From positions 77,449-141,448 of the forward strand of contig JACZTG010000002.1 of NCBI GenBank assembly GCA_022573815.1: DNA of 64,000 nucleotides, in the 5' to 3' direction. The translations under genes and the position numbers were made by a program. The notes beneath the pieces are model-generated. The model was not told the DNA's origin. It searched no databases and saw only the letters and a list, made by a program, of their open reading frames with translations. Source of the stretch: Fidelibacterota bacterium (GTDB lineage Bacteria > Fidelibacterota > SORT01). Below, one piece after another: positions 1 to 10,037 of the stretch. Numbering within the stretch: the first letter of the stretch is position 1; each line of letters starts with the position of its first letter.

Positions 1-656
1 ATACGACCGCTGCTCTCGGAAAAGGTTTTGCGGTAGGGTCTGCCGCACTAACTGCATTAGCGCTCTTCTCTGCGTATAGCAAAGCGGTAGGGCTTGATGA
101 AATAGGGATAGATTTAACAAAGCCGGTCGTAGTGATAGGTCTTCTACTCGGAGGAGCTGTGCCGTTTCTTGTGGCGGCGCTAACAATGACATCGGTAGGA
201 AAAGCAGCTTTCAAAATGGTAGAAGAGATCAGAAGGCAATTCAAAGAAATTCCCGGTCTTATGGAAGGAACAGGAAAACCGGATTATGACAGATGCATTG
301 ATATCAGTACACAAGCGGCATTGAGGGAAATGATAGCTCCCGGACTTATTGCGATTTTCGTGCCTGTTACCATCGGTTTTTTGCTTGGAGCAGAAGCGCT
401 TGGAGGACTTCTCGCCGGCTCTACATTGGCCGGCGTTTTTCTTGCGCTCTTTATGTCCAACGGCGGAGCGGCATGGGACAACGCTAAAAAACTTATTGAA
501 GCCGGAGAATATGGCGGTAAGGGCTCCGACGCTCATAAGGCAGCTGTAGTAGGCGACACGATAGGCGATCCTTTTAAAGATACATCCGGACCTTCAATGA
601 ATATCTTGATAAAACTTATGGCTGTTGTATCTCTGGTTATTGCGCCATTACTTTAA
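1..656 (+). CDS. hppA: H+-translocating pyrophosphatase, C-terminal part (5' end lies outside the window)
   Basis: The frame is open from position 3 and translates to ...[24 protein letters not shown]... then ...[23 protein letters not shown], the conserved C-terminal motifs of membrane PPases. Stop is TAA at 654-656. Confidence 0.85.
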   Translation, partial: TTAALGKGFAVGSAALTALALFSAYSKAVGLDEIGIDLTKPVVVIGLLLGGAVPFLVAALTMTSVGKAAFKMVEEIRRQFKEIPGLMEGTGKPDYDRCIDISTQAALREMIAPGLIAIFVPVTIGFLLGAEALGGLLAGSTLAGVFLALFMSNGGAAWDNAKKLIEAGEYGGKGSDAHKAAVVGDTIGDPFKDTSGPSMNILIKLMAVVSLVIAPLL

Positions 657-678
657 TGAATACGAAACGGAGGAAGCA

Positions 679-1224
679 GTGAACTATTACGAAACGATGT
701 ATATTATAAACTCTTCGCTTGAGGGCGATGAAATTCAGCAAATTAAAAAAGATGTCGTTGATTATATGACATCAGAAGGCGCCGATATCTACAGCAAGAG
801 CGATTGGGGAAGAACAAGACTTGCGTATGATATTGAAAAACAGCGCTATGGAAACTATATAATTCTAAGATATTCATCCAAGCCCGAGTTGATAAGAACT
901 CTAAATGAGAAATTCGGTTTAATGGATGCCGTACTTTCTCATTTGTGCATTGTTCTGGACAAAGAACCGGAACGCGTTGACGAAGAAATGAAAGCTCACG
1001 AAGAAAAAGAAATTGAGAAATATCCGACGACCGAGAAGAAAATCGGAAAAGATGTAAAAGTCGAAGAGAAAGCAGACAAGAAAAAAGAAGAAGTAGAAGA
1101 AAAAGCTGAAGAGGCAGCCGAAGAAGAAGAAGCTGTTGAGGAAGAAAAGGTTGTTGAAAAAAACGAGAAAGATGAGAAAGAAGAAGTCGAAGAAACAGTG
1201 GAAGAGAAAGAGGAGTCCGCTTAA
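679..1224 (+). CDS. rpsF: 30S ribosomal protein S6 with a long Glu/Lys-rich acidic C-terminal tail
   Basis: VNYYETMYIIN...DWGRTRLAYDI...ILRY matches the S6 fold. GTG start at 679 lies 4 nt after a GGAGGA RBS. The ATG at 625 would overlap hppA and add residues S6 lacks. It sits in a conserved rpsF-ssb-rpsR-rplI array. Confidence 0.8.
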   Translation: MNYYETMYIINSSLEGDEIQQIKKDVVDYMTSEGADIYSKSDWGRTRLAYDIEKQRYGNYIILRYSSKPELIRTLNEKFGLMDAVLSHLCIVLDKEPERVDEEMKAHEEKEIEKYPTTEKKIGKDVKVEEKADKKKEEVEEKAEEAAEEEEAVEEEKVVEKNEKDEKEEVEETVEEKEESA

Positions 1225-1770
1225 ATGTCTGATTTACGAATGCCGGACCTTAACAGCGTAATTATCGCGGGCAATTTGACGAATGATCCAACATTTGGAG
1301 AAACAAATGATCGAACACCTGTAGTAAATTTCCATCTTGCTTCTAATCGTAGATTTAAGGACAACAAAGGTCAGGTAAAAGAGGATGTATGTTTTGTAGG
1401 CGTTGTCGCTTGGGATGCCTTGGCAAGAAGCTGTAATGGAAAACTTTCGCAAGGTAGTTCTGTTGTAGTGTCAGGCGAACTGCAATCAAGAAAATGGAAA
1501 TCGGATGACGGTAATAATCGAACCATTGTTGAAATTAAAGCGCGCAAGATTCAGTTTCTGGACAAACATAAATTTGAGCATAAAGCTGAAGAAATAAGTG
1601 AATCAACTAAATCGAACGGCAACGTTGATTCCACAAATAGTGAAGAACAAAAAAGCGAAACAGACTCGGATTCTCAGAAATCAGTAGGAAACGATATGTC
1701 GAGCGTTGAAAAAGATAATGATACAATTAATGATAATGACGAATTTGGATATAAAGGATTAGAGATTTAA
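1225..1770 (+). CDS. ssb: single-stranded DNA-binding protein
   Basis: OB-fold N-terminus (VIIAGNLTNDPTF...NFHLASNRRF...VVVSGELQSRKWK). Low-complexity Ser/Asp/Glu linker and acidic end. Lies between rpsF and rpsR as in many bacteria. Confidence 0.8.
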   Translation: MSDLRMPDLNSVIIAGNLTNDPTFGETNDRTPVVNFHLASNRRFKDNKGQVKEDVCFVGVVAWDALARSCNGKLSQGSSVVVSGELQSRKWKSDDGNNRTIVEIKARKIQFLDKHKFEHKAEEISESTKSNGNVDSTNSEEQKSETDSDSQKSVGNDMSSVEKDNDTINDNDEFGYKGLEI

Positions 1771-1787
1771 TTTTCCGGAGAAAATAA

Positions 1788-2009
1788 ATGGCAATGTCAA
1801 AGAAGAAAATATGTAGATTTTGTGAAACACGTAACTCGTATATAGATTATAAAGAACCGAAAATGTTAAGAAAATTTATTACAGACCAGGGAAAGATCAT
1901 CCCTCGCAGAGTGTCGGGAATGTGCGCAAAGCATCAGCGGGAGATGACTACGGCAATAAAAAGAGCGCGGAATATTTCCCTGATTCCGTATTCATTTAAA
2001 TCAGTGTAG
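1788..2009 (+). CDS. rpsR: 30S ribosomal protein S18
   Basis: CRFC...[43 protein letters not shown] is near-canonical S18. Confidence 0.9.
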   Translation: MAMSKKKICRFCETRNSYIDYKEPKMLRKFITDQGKIIPRRVSGMCAKHQREMTTAIKRARNISLIPYSFKSV

Positions 2010-2020
2010 TAGAGGAAAAT

Positions 2021-2464
2021 ATGAAAGTTATTCTAACGAAAACCCACGAAAGTCTCGGCGAAGCAGGAGAAATAGTCAACGTAAAGAACGGCTATGCAAG
2101 AAACTATCTGATTCCGAGAAATATGGCATTAGCCGCAACCAAATCAAATACGCTTCAATATGAAGAGAGTAAAAAACACCAGAATGCGGTTAAAAATCGC
2201 GAAATGGAATCAGCGAATGAAATGGCAGATGAGATGAGCAAAATTTCACTGACTGCGAGTGTGCAGGTTGGTGAAGACGACAAGGTTTTTGGATCGGTAA
2301 CGTCTCAGGAAATATCCAAGTTGCTTTCTGAACAGGGATTCACGGTTGACAAAAAAGACATACTTCTTGATGAACCGATAAAAGCGTTGGGCATATATAA
2401 TGTATCGGTGAAAATTCAGCAGGATGTAAAATCTGAAGTGAAGCTCTGGGTGGTTAAGCAGTAA
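2021..2464 (+). CDS. rplI: 50S ribosomal protein L9
   Basis: MKVILTKTHESLGEAGEIVNVKNGYARNYLIPRNMAL is the L9 N-terminal signature. 147 aa. Confidence 0.9.
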   Translation: MKVILTKTHESLGEAGEIVNVKNGYARNYLIPRNMALAATKSNTLQYEESKKHQNAVKNREMESANEMADEMSKISLTASVQVGEDDKVFGSVTSQEISKLLSEQGFTVDKKDILLDEPIKALGIYNVSVKIQQDVKSEVKLWVVKQ

Positions 2465-2505
2465 AAGATCAATAGTTTAACCTTTTGGTTATAGCAGGTG
2501 ATGAA

Positions 2506-2535
2506 AGCGTAGGTAATTCCTACGCTTTTTATTTT
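2506..2535 (+). terminator. Rho-independent terminator after rplI
   Basis: Perfect 8-bp stem agcgtagg/cctacgct with a 5-nt loop, followed by TTTTTATTTT. Confidence 0.55.
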
Positions 2536-2598
2536 GGGGTCGAGAATATATCCCTTTTATTTTGTATTATCTATGATGGTACCATATTTTGATTGTCT

Positions 2599-4842
2599 AT
2601 GAATAACAAGAATTATAAAACTGTAAATATAGCGTTTCCGTTACAGATAGATGAAGCGTATACTTACAAAATCCCGATAGAATGGGATGATATTCCCATA
2701 GGCTGTCGTGTAGTGGCGCCGCTGAAAAACAAGTCTCAGGTAGGCTTTGTGGTAAATTCGTCAACCGATAATGGAAATTACAAAGGACGTTTGAAAGAGC
2801 TCAAGTCCAAGATTGACGACCTGTCAGCCTATTCGCCAAATATGTTGAAATTTCTGCAATGGCTCAGCGACTATTATCTTTCTCCTATGGGATTGGTGAT
2901 GAAAGCCGCTCTTCCTGCCGGAATGGGTGTAAAGAAGAAGAAAATCGTAAAGCTCGTAAACGAAGAAGCAATGGCTGGCAAACGTCTTTCGGAAGTTATG
3001 AATTCGATTTTAATAAAACTCAAAAAAAAAGAAAGTTACAGCTATTCGCATTTAAGAAATTATATTGGAGCGGATGGATTGGATTCAGCGCTTGAGGCAT
3101 TAACGAACTCGGGTGCTGTAATAACAGAAATAAGTTATACGGGATTTTCTACAGCTAATATTCAGAAACGATTGACCGAGCCGGATTTTCAGATGGAAGA
3201 AATATTACTTACGAATGCGCAGTCGGAAGTTTATTCTCCAATACATAATTCCATAATGAATGGAAAAGCCGACTCATTTTTACTCCACGGAGTTACCGGC
3301 AGCGGGAAAACAGAAATTTACCTCAAGGCAGCGTGGGAAACACTTTCCGGCGGAGGAGGCGTGCTGATTATGGTTCCTGAAATTGCGCTCACTCCACAAA
3401 TTGCAAGCCGATTCGAACATTATTTTGGCGGACAGGTCAGTATTTTACACAGTAATCAATCTGATAGCGAAAGACGTAAATCTTGGGAGAAAGTAAAATC
3501 GAGTCAGTCAAAAGTGGTCGTTGGAGCACGAAGCTCAATATTTGCGCCTGTAGAAAACCTGAAGTTAATTATCGTTGACGAAGAACAGGAACCCTCATAC
3601 AATCAATCTGAACCTGAGCCGCGATACAATGCTCGTGATGCAGCGACAATGCGGGCAAAAATCGAAGGAGCAACGCTTATACTCGGCTCAGCGACTCCAA
3701 GTATGGAGTCAATGTATAATGCGAAGAAGAAAAAATATCATTATTTGCGATTAACCGAGCGATTCGGTAGCGCAGGCACTCCAAAATTACATATAGTAAA
3801 TACCGGAACAGAAACTTTTGAGGGCGGATATTCCGGTGAAATTATTTCCTCGGTTTTAAGAGATAAAATATCCGAACGGTTGAAGAATAAAGAACAGATT
3901 ATACTGCTTCAAAATAGAAGAGGATATGCGTCGCTTATTAAATGCAAAGAATGCGGTTATGTACAGGAATGTCCTGATTGTAATGTAACACTGACATATC
4001 ACAGCGCAACCAACAGGATGAGCTGCCATTACTGCGGAATAAGAAAATCGGTTCCGTTAAATTGCCCTGAATGCAACTATAATAAATTGATGTTTCAGGG
4101 TGTGGGGACTCAGCGGGTGGAAAGAGAACTTGGTAATCTATTCCCAAACGCAAAATCTATACGTATGGATATGGATACAACTACCGGAAAGGGTTCTCAT
4201 TGGCGGATTCTTGGAGACTTTAAGGCCGGCAAATATGATATTTTAATCGGAACTCAGATGATTGCAAAAGGGCTGGATTTCGACAATGTAACTCTTGTGG
4301 GAATTATTTCTGCCGATACAGGATTGTATCTTCCGGATTTTAGGGCAGGTGAGCGTACCTATCAGTTGATATCACAAGTTGCAGGAAGAGCGGGCAGACG
4401 TAAGAGACGAGGAGAAGTTGTAGTGCAAACTATCGATCCTGACAGATTACCGATTAAGAGTGTGGAAATTGAGGAGCAAAATAATTTTTACAGAAACCTG
4501 TTTAAAGAACGAAAGCAATCGGATTATCCGCCTTATAGCAAACTCATTTTATTTGAAACTTCATCAGAAGAAAAATCGATGGCAATAGAGGGAGCCAAAA
4601 CAGTTATGGCAGCCCTTAAAAGAAACGGTGGAGATTACGAACTTCTCGGTCCGGCGCCTGCTGTCATAGAAAAGCTTAGGAAGAGATATCGGTGGAGAGT
4701 AATGGTTCGTTTGAACAATAGAGGTGTGAAACGATTGAGTGGAGTGAAAATATTGTTACGAAAGCAGATGAATAATTTGAGAAAAACTTTGCCTAGAGAA
4801 GTAAGGCTTTCGGTTGACGTTGACCCGGTAAATATGCTTTAA
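2599..4842 (+). CDS. priA: primosomal protein N' (replication restart helicase)
   Basis: Walker A GVTGSGKTEIY, DEEQE box, and the Cys4 zinc-binding insert (CKECGYVQECPDC...CHYCG...CPEC) typical of PriA. An in-frame TTG at 2593 is an alternative start. Confidence 0.9.
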   Translation: MNNKNYKTVNIAFPLQIDEAYTYKIPIEWDDIPIGCRVVAPLKNKSQVGFVVNSSTDNGNYKGRLKELKSKIDDLSAYSPNMLKFLQWLSDYYLSPMGLVMKAALPAGMGVKKKKIVKLVNEEAMAGKRLSEVMNSILIKLKKKESYSYSHLRNYIGADGLDSALEALTNSGAVITEISYTGFSTANIQKRLTEPDFQMEEILLTNAQSEVYSPIHNSIMNGKADSFLLHGVTGSGKTEIYLKAAWETLSGGGGVLIMVPEIALTPQIASRFEHYFGGQVSILHSNQSDSERRKSWEKVKSSQSKVVVGARSSIFAPVENLKLIIVDEEQEPSYNQSEPEPRYNARDAATMRAKIEGATLILGSATPSMESMYNAKKKKYHYLRLTERFGSAGTPKLHIVNTGTETFEGGYSGEIISSVLRDKISERLKNKEQIILLQNRRGYASLIKCKECGYVQECPDCNVTLTYHSATNRMSCHYCGIRKSVPLNCPECNYNKLMFQGVGTQRVERELGNLFPNAKSIRMDMDTTTGKGSHWRILGDFKAGKYDILIGTQMIAKGLDFDNVTLVGIISADTGLYLPDFRAGERTYQLISQVAGRAGRRKRRGEVVVQTIDPDRLPIKSVEIEEQNNFYRNLFKERKQSDYPPYSKLILFETSSEEKSMAIEGAKTVMAALKRNGGDYELLGPAPAVIEKLRKRYRWRVMVRLNNRGVKRLSGVKILLRKQMNNLRKTLPREVRLSVDVDPVNML

Positions 4843-4847
4843 GTAAA

Positions 4848-5765
4848 ATGAGTAAGATTCATCTAAATATATTATTGCTGCTGATATTTGTTCCGCAAGG
4901 GCTGGTGGCTCAGGATGACTGGAAAGTATTTAACGAAGGTTTTATTCGGATTCAGTATCACGATTACGATGTACAGTTAACAAATTTAGTTGTTTCGACA
5001 ATACTGAATAATATCAATAGAATTTCAGAAGATATCGGCTATGACGGACCTCCGATTGCAAATATCATCATAAGCGGAAGCCAAAAGGAATTTGACGGAT
5101 TTACGGGAAATATTCTTCCGTCCTGGAGCCAGGGCTCAACGGATTATAGCAAGAGCCTAATTGTTCTTAAATCTACATCGTTCAGCAAAGCAACAAAAAA
5201 AGAGTTAGAGAGAACAATTACCCACGAACTTACTCATTTTCTAATCGGAGCCGTTATTGATGCGGGCAAAGTACCGCGTTGGTTCAATGAAGGTCTGGCT
5301 ACATTTTTAGCGGGGGGAGAAACTTTTAGAGCAAAAATCTTACTCTCACGGGCTTTGTTCACAAAATCCTTGATCAAATTAAATGATGTACAAGAAGTTT
5401 TGTCGTTTGATGGAAATAAAGCCAATCTTGCGTATGCGCAGTCGCGTGCAGCGATAGTGTTTCTTAAAGAAACAGCGGGTAAAGATGTGATAAAATTCAT
5501 ATTCGAAAATATAAATTTGAACAATTCTTTTGAAGCGGCGTTTACAGAAGTAACCGGTACGGATTTGCTCGATTTTGAGATAGACTTAAGAAGGAACTTA
5601 AAGAATAATTATAGATATTATTTCCTTGCCGCTGTAAATGATTATATATGGATTTTAATACCTGTTTTATTGTTATTGGCTTACATTGCGGTTAAACATA
5701 AGAATTGGAAAATAGTAAGAAAATGGGATGCTGAGAGAGAAGAAGAGAATGGTGCGACCGGCTAA
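4848..5765 (+). CDS. Peptidase_MA_2-like zinc metalloprotease-like protein with signal peptide and C-terminal TM anchor
   Basis: Signal peptide. HEXXH (ITHELTHF) followed by WFNEGLATF (a Glu-zincin third ligand). Hydrophobic C-terminal helix IWILIPVLLLLAYIAV. Confidence 0.5.
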   Translation: MSKIHLNILLLLIFVPQGLVAQDDWKVFNEGFIRIQYHDYDVQLTNLVVSTILNNINRISEDIGYDGPPIANIIISGSQKEFDGFTGNILPSWSQGSTDYSKSLIVLKSTSFSKATKKELERTITHELTHFLIGAVIDAGKVPRWFNEGLATFLAGGETFRAKILLSRALFTKSLIKLNDVQEVLSFDGNKANLAYAQSRAAIVFLKETAGKDVIKFIFENINLNNSFEAAFTEVTGTDLLDFEIDLRRNLKNNYRYYFLAAVNDYIWILIPVLLLLAYIAVKHKNWKIVRKWDAEREEENGATG

Positions 5766-6675
5766 AAGTTTTATTTTACCAATTATAATATTGTTCACAT
5801 TCAACGAATCGATTGCAGGCGAACGGCCCGGCCTGGCATTTTTAAATTCGGAAATGAGCGCAAGAGGAGCCTCGCTTGCTGGAACTATGGTCGCCAAAAG
5901 AGGAGAAGTTCACGGTCTTTTTCATAATCCCGCATCTCTTAGCGGCTTAATAGGTGTTACCTGGAGCGCGAATTACGTAAACCACCTTCTTGACATAGGA
6001 GGCGGAAATCTCATGATGGCAAAAAAACTTGAATCAGGCACTGTTGGAATCGGTTTGGCTTCAATGGACTATGGAAGCTTTGAAAGACTTGATGACAGGG
6101 GAAACGATCTCGGATCCGATTTTTCAGCCTCTGATCTTATTGTATCGCTGGGTTACTCGCAAGAAATAACCGGTGCGCTTTCGATAGGCTCAAATATAAA
6201 ATGGGCTAATTCCAACATAGACGCATATTCGATAAACGCCATAGCATTAGATGCCGGATTTATATACTATCAGGCTGAAAGGGAACTATCCATTGGAGGC
6301 GGTATATTTAATCTTGGTAAATCCACAGCGTTTATTGATAACAGTGATCCACTTCCAACAAATTTTCGTCTTGGTATAACTAAACTGCTGGCTCATCTTC
6401 CATTACGCGTGAATGCGGAAGGGATTTGGCTGACTTACGGAAATTGGAAGGCTCTTGTGAGCGGAGAAATAATTCTATCGCCGAACGTCAATTTAATATT
6501 GGGATTAAGTTCAATTCGGCTCGACCTTGATACATCTTCGCTGAGTGAAGATGTCTATTCCGGTGGAAATATCGGCTTGGGAGTTACGGTGGATAAATGG
6601 CGTATTGATTACGCTTTATCGTCTTTCGGTGGCGCCGGTTTAATACAACGGTTTGGCTTATCAGGTAATTTTTAA
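5749..6675 (+). CDS. PorV/PorQ (FadL-like) family outer-membrane beta-barrel protein, paralogue 1
   Basis: Signal peptide. N-proximal SARGASLAGTMVA...HNPASL resembles the PorV/UPF0164 signature. Alternating beta-strand pattern and C-terminal aromatic residue (ends ...GNF). An ATG at 5728 is an alternative start. Confidence 0.45.
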   Translation: MVRPAKSFILPIIILFTFNESIAGERPGLAFLNSEMSARGASLAGTMVAKRGEVHGLFHNPASLSGLIGVTWSANYVNHLLDIGGGNLMMAKKLESGTVGIGLASMDYGSFERLDDRGNDLGSDFSASDLIVSLGYSQEITGALSIGSNIKWANSNIDAYSINAIALDAGFIYYQAERELSIGGGIFNLGKSTAFIDNSDPLPTNFRLGITKLLAHLPLRVNAEGIWLTYGNWKALVSGEIILSPNVNLILGLSSIRLDLDTSSLSEDVYSGGNIGLGVTVDKWRIDYALSSFGGAGLIQRFGLSGNF

Positions 6676-6826
6676 AAAATTTATCCTGTCGTTGTCTCCT
6701 CGAAGGGAACTAAATTCGTATTAATGATGTCTGAGAAATCTGATAAAAAGGTTGCCATTCTAACGGCTTTTCAATAGCTTCAAAACGGAAAATAATTGAC
6801 CAAACCCCACTTTTAGGAGATAAATA

Positions 6827-7198
6827 TTGTCCTGGTTAAAGATTCTTTTGAAATATGAAAAAGCGCCGGGTGCATGGTCTTGGGGATTACATCGAATAAC
6901 AGGACTTGGTTTGATGTTTTACCTTTATCTTCACATTCTCGCTCTTACCGGACTTCAAAAAGGACCGGAAGCGTTTAACGCTGAAATGGAATTATTTAAA
7001 CAGCCGGTTTTTATGGTTCTTGAATGGCTGTTATTCGGACTGGTGCTATTCCATTCTTTCAATGGGTTCAGGATAGTTCTTATAGATTTAGCGGATGGTT
7101 CGAAATATCATAAGCCGCTACTATTTTGGCTTGTCAGTCTTAGCGTTGCAATGTTTATAGCAATGGGGTATGTAATATTTTTTGGCGTATTTCATTAG
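6827..7198 (+). CDS. sdhC: succinate dehydrogenase/fumarate reductase cytochrome b subunit
   Basis: WSWGLHRITGLGLMFYLYLHI...FHSFNGFR (heme-ligand His context). 3 TM helices. TTG start 6 nt after TAGGAGA. First gene of sdhCDAB. Confidence 0.7.
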   Translation: MSWLKILLKYEKAPGAWSWGLHRITGLGLMFYLYLHILALTGLQKGPEAFNAEMELFKQPVFMVLEWLLFGLVLFHSFNGFRIVLIDLADGSKYHKPLLFWLVSLSVAMFIAMGYVIFFGVFH

Positions 7199-7222
7199 CC
7201 GAAATATGAGGAGTTAGATTTT

Positions 7223-7576
7223 ATGGCATATAAATCGGTACCGTCGAAATCAGGTGGAGCAATGCCCTGGTTTCTTCAGCGGATTACAGGAGTCGTGCTC
7301 CTATTTGTAATGATAGGTCATTATATTCTAATGCATTACAATATAGATTCGGGCCATACTTACAGCGCGGTTTTAGAGAGGATGCAAAACCCATTTTATA
7401 AAGGTCTCCAAATGACTTTTGTGGTACTCGGAATTTATCATGGAATAAACGGTACGTGGTCTATTATTAGAGACTTCAAGCTCAAAAAAGCTATATCATG
7501 GACGTTATATGCGATGCTTGTTATTTCAGGCGTCGTATTCGGTCTTATTGGTATTACAACTCTACTTTCTTTCTGA
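7223..7576 (+). CDS. sdhD: succinate dehydrogenase hydrophobic membrane anchor subunit
   Basis: FLQRITGVVLLFVMIGHYILMH and 3 TM helices. GAGGAG RBS. Position between sdhC and sdhA. Confidence 0.6.
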   Translation: MAYKSVPSKSGGAMPWFLQRITGVVLLFVMIGHYILMHYNIDSGHTYSAVLERMQNPFYKGLQMTFVVLGIYHGINGTWSIIRDFKLKKAISWTLYAMLVISGVVFGLIGITTLLSF

Positions 7577-7587
7577 GGGATTATAAA

Positions 7588-9324
7588 TTGATACATGAAT
7601 ACGATGTTGTGATTGTTGGCGCCGGCGGAGCAGGCCTTCAAGCTGCGTTGGAAATCCCCGCAGATAAAAATTGTGCGGTTCTGACAAAAGTATATCCCAC
7701 AAGGTCTCATACAGGAACAGCGCAGGGCGGTGTTAGTGCGGCGCTTGGAAATGAAGAAGAGGATTCCTGGGAATGGCATGCTTTTGATACTGTGAAGGGG
7801 GGAGATTATCTTGGTGACCAGGACGCCATCGAGACTATGTGTAAAGACGCCATTAGAGCTATCATCGAGCTTGAGCATATGGGTATGCCGTTCAATCGGA
7901 CACCTGAGGGTAAGATAGCGCAGAGAAAATTCGGCGGACATACATCAAATTTTGGCGAATCATCTGTGAAGCGAGCTTGCTATTCGGCGGATAGAACGGG
8001 TCATGTTATGCTTCAGACGCTTTATGAACAATGCGTGAAGAACGATGTTATTTTTTACAATGAGTTTCATGTGACTGATCTGATAGTGAATGATGGAGTT
8101 TGCTGTGGGCTTGTTGCTATAGAAATTAAGACCGGTGAAATCCATATTTTTCACGCAAAAGCGGTTATGTTTGCCACAGGCGGTTACGGACGTGTATTCC
8201 AGATAACTTCTAACGCTATGGCTGGGACCGGGGACGGGTTTGAAATAGCATACAGAAACGGAGTTCCGCTTGAGGATATGGAATTTGTTCAGTTTCATCC
8301 AACCGGATTATGGAAATTAGGAATATTAGTCTCAGAAGCAGCGAGAGGCGAAGGCGGTATCCTTAGAAATAAAGACGGTGAGCGTTTTATGGAAAGATAC
8401 GCGCCAAGCATAAAGGACCTCGCTCCACGCGATATGGTCTCCCGCGCAATCTTTACGGAAATCAAGGAAGGCAGGGGAATAAAGGGAGACGACGGAACTT
8501 ACTATGTAGGGCTGGATCTGACTCATCTTGGGAAAGAACTTATTGAAGAGAAGCTTCCCGAAATTACAGGATTTGCTAAAACTTATCTCGGCGTAGATGC
8601 GAATGAAAAATGGATTCCCGTCCAGCCGACAACTCATTATGCGATGGGCGGAATACCAACCACAATAGACGCGGAAGTGATTATTGATGAAAATAACAAT
8701 ATTATGCCCGGATTTTATGCGGCGGGGGAATGTGCCTGTGTCTCCGTTCACGGCGCTAACAGGCTCGGAACAAACTCGCTTCTTGATATATTAGTTTTTG
8801 GAAGAAGAGGGGGAAAGCAGATTTCGAAGTATATTGAAAACGCCGAATTAACCTCGCTTCCTGACAACGCCGATGAATGGACAATGAAGTCCATCGAACG
8901 CATTAAGGGTAACGATTTTGGCGTAAAAATGTTTGATGTGCGAAAAGAGATGCAGGAATCTATGATGGACAAATGTTCAGTATTTCGCGAAGACGCCGGA
9001 TTGAAAGAAGGTCTTTCAAAGATTAAAGAGTTGAAAGAAAAATATCTGAAAGTTGGTATTGATGACCGAAGCAAAGGATATAATACGGACTTATTGGAAG
9101 TGATAGAGCTCGGCGGTTTACTTAGCACAGCAGAGACAATCATTACCAGCGCTTTAGATCGAACAGAAAGTCGCGGCGCTCATTGGAGAGAAGATTTTCC
9201 TAAAAGAGATGACGCTGAGTGGCTGAAACATTCGCTCATTTTTAAAACGGATAAACCGGTGCCGGATATACGATATAAGCCAGTCGTTATAAAACAGTTT
9301 GAACCGAAAGAAAGGGTTTATTAG
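7588..9324 (+). CDS. sdhA: succinate dehydrogenase/fumarate reductase flavoprotein subunit
   Basis: YDVVIVGAGGAGLQAAL FAD fold, covalent-FAD His context (SHTGTAQGG), and HYAMGGIP...RLGTNSLLD. TTG start at 7588 after GAGGGA. The upstream part of the tracked ORF overlaps sdhD and is not SdhA-like. Confidence 0.9.
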   Translation: MIHEYDVVIVGAGGAGLQAALEIPADKNCAVLTKVYPTRSHTGTAQGGVSAALGNEEEDSWEWHAFDTVKGGDYLGDQDAIETMCKDAIRAIIELEHMGMPFNRTPEGKIAQRKFGGHTSNFGESSVKRACYSADRTGHVMLQTLYEQCVKNDVIFYNEFHVTDLIVNDGVCCGLVAIEIKTGEIHIFHAKAVMFATGGYGRVFQITSNAMAGTGDGFEIAYRNGVPLEDMEFVQFHPTGLWKLGILVSEAARGEGGILRNKDGERFMERYAPSIKDLAPRDMVSRAIFTEIKEGRGIKGDDGTYYVGLDLTHLGKELIEEKLPEITGFAKTYLGVDANEKWIPVQPTTHYAMGGIPTTIDAEVIIDENNNIMPGFYAAGECACVSVHGANRLGTNSLLDILVFGRRGGKQISKYIENAELTSLPDNADEWTMKSIERIKGNDFGVKMFDVRKEMQESMMDKCSVFREDAGLKEGLSKIKELKEKYLKVGIDDRSKGYNTDLLEVIELGGLLSTAETIITSALDRTESRGAHWREDFPKRDDAEWLKHSLIFKTDKPVPDIRYKPVVIKQFEPKERVY

Positions 9325-10034
9325 TGGATTTAACCGTCAGGATACAACGCTACGATCCGGAAACAGATTCTGCGCCTCACTTCGAAGATTATGATCTCGA
9401 AAATGTAAATGCCACCGACAGGATTTTAGATCTTCTCAACAGAATTAAATGGGAAATAGACGGTGGATTAACATATCGTAGGTCGTGCACGCATGGCATA
9501 TGCGGTTCTGACGCAGTAAAAATCAACGGCAGGAACAGGCTTGCTTGCTCCGTATTGGTACAGGACATAAAACTAAGAAAAAATCTAATCCAAATAGAAC
9601 CGATACCTGCGCTCCCTCTGGAAAAAGACCTCCTGGTTGATATGTCTTCGTTTTTCGAAAAATACGAGATCGTAAAACCATACCTGATTCCAAAGGACGC
9701 TCCTCCTGATAGAGAACGGTATCAGACCAACGAGGATGCCGAACTCCTTTTTGAATCGGCAAAGTGCATTCAATGCGGTTGCTGCTCATCGTCATGTCCG
9801 TCATTATGGGTAAACGAAGATTACATCGGTCCGGCTGCATTTTTGAAAGCCTACAGATTTATATTTGATACAAGAGATAACGCAACAGCAGAGCGGCTTG
9901 ACATCATAGACACGACAGATGGACTCTGGCGATGTCACACAATTTTCAACTGTGTTGAAGCGTGTCCAAAAGATATAGATATAACATGGCACATTTCGCA
10001 GCTGAAAAAGGCTGCATTAAGGCGGGAAATTTAA
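9324..10034 (+). CDS. sdhB: succinate dehydrogenase/fumarate reductase iron-sulfur subunit
   Basis: 2Fe-2S Cys cluster (CTHGICGSDAVKINGRNRLAC) and 4Fe-4S/3Fe-4S motifs (CIQCGCCSSSCP, CHTIFNCVEACP). GTG start overlaps the sdhA stop. Confidence 0.9.
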   Translation: MDLTVRIQRYDPETDSAPHFEDYDLENVNATDRILDLLNRIKWEIDGGLTYRRSCTHGICGSDAVKINGRNRLACSVLVQDIKLRKNLIQIEPIPALPLEKDLLVDMSSFFEKYEIVKPYLIPKDAPPDRERYQTNEDAELLFESAKCIQCGCCSSSCPSLWVNEDYIGPAAFLKAYRFIFDTRDNATAERLDIIDTTDGLWRCHTIFNCVEACPKDIDITWHISQLKKAALRREI

Positions 10035-10037
10035 AGT

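Noticed and set aside
180-549. Three ORFs (180-536 minus, 284-481 minus, 349-549 plus) inside the hppA region
   Set aside because: They are antisense or out of frame to a strongly conserved H+-PPase reading frame. They have no independent signals and are spurious.
625-678. ATG at 625 as the rpsF start
   Set aside because: It would overlap hppA by 32 nt and add residues absent from S6. The GTG at 679 behind GGAGGA aligns with the canonical S6 N-terminus.
1040-1224. GAA/AAG-rich repetitive DNA that looked like a tandem repeat or low-complexity element
   Set aside because: It is in frame and encodes the acidic tail of S6. It is a coding low-complexity region, not a repeat element.
7438-9143. 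Minus-strand ORFs (7438-7941, 7960-8298, 8332-8751, 8748-9143) overlapping sdhD/sdhA
   Set aside because: They are antisense to the highly conserved SdhA flavoprotein frame. They are low-complexity translations.
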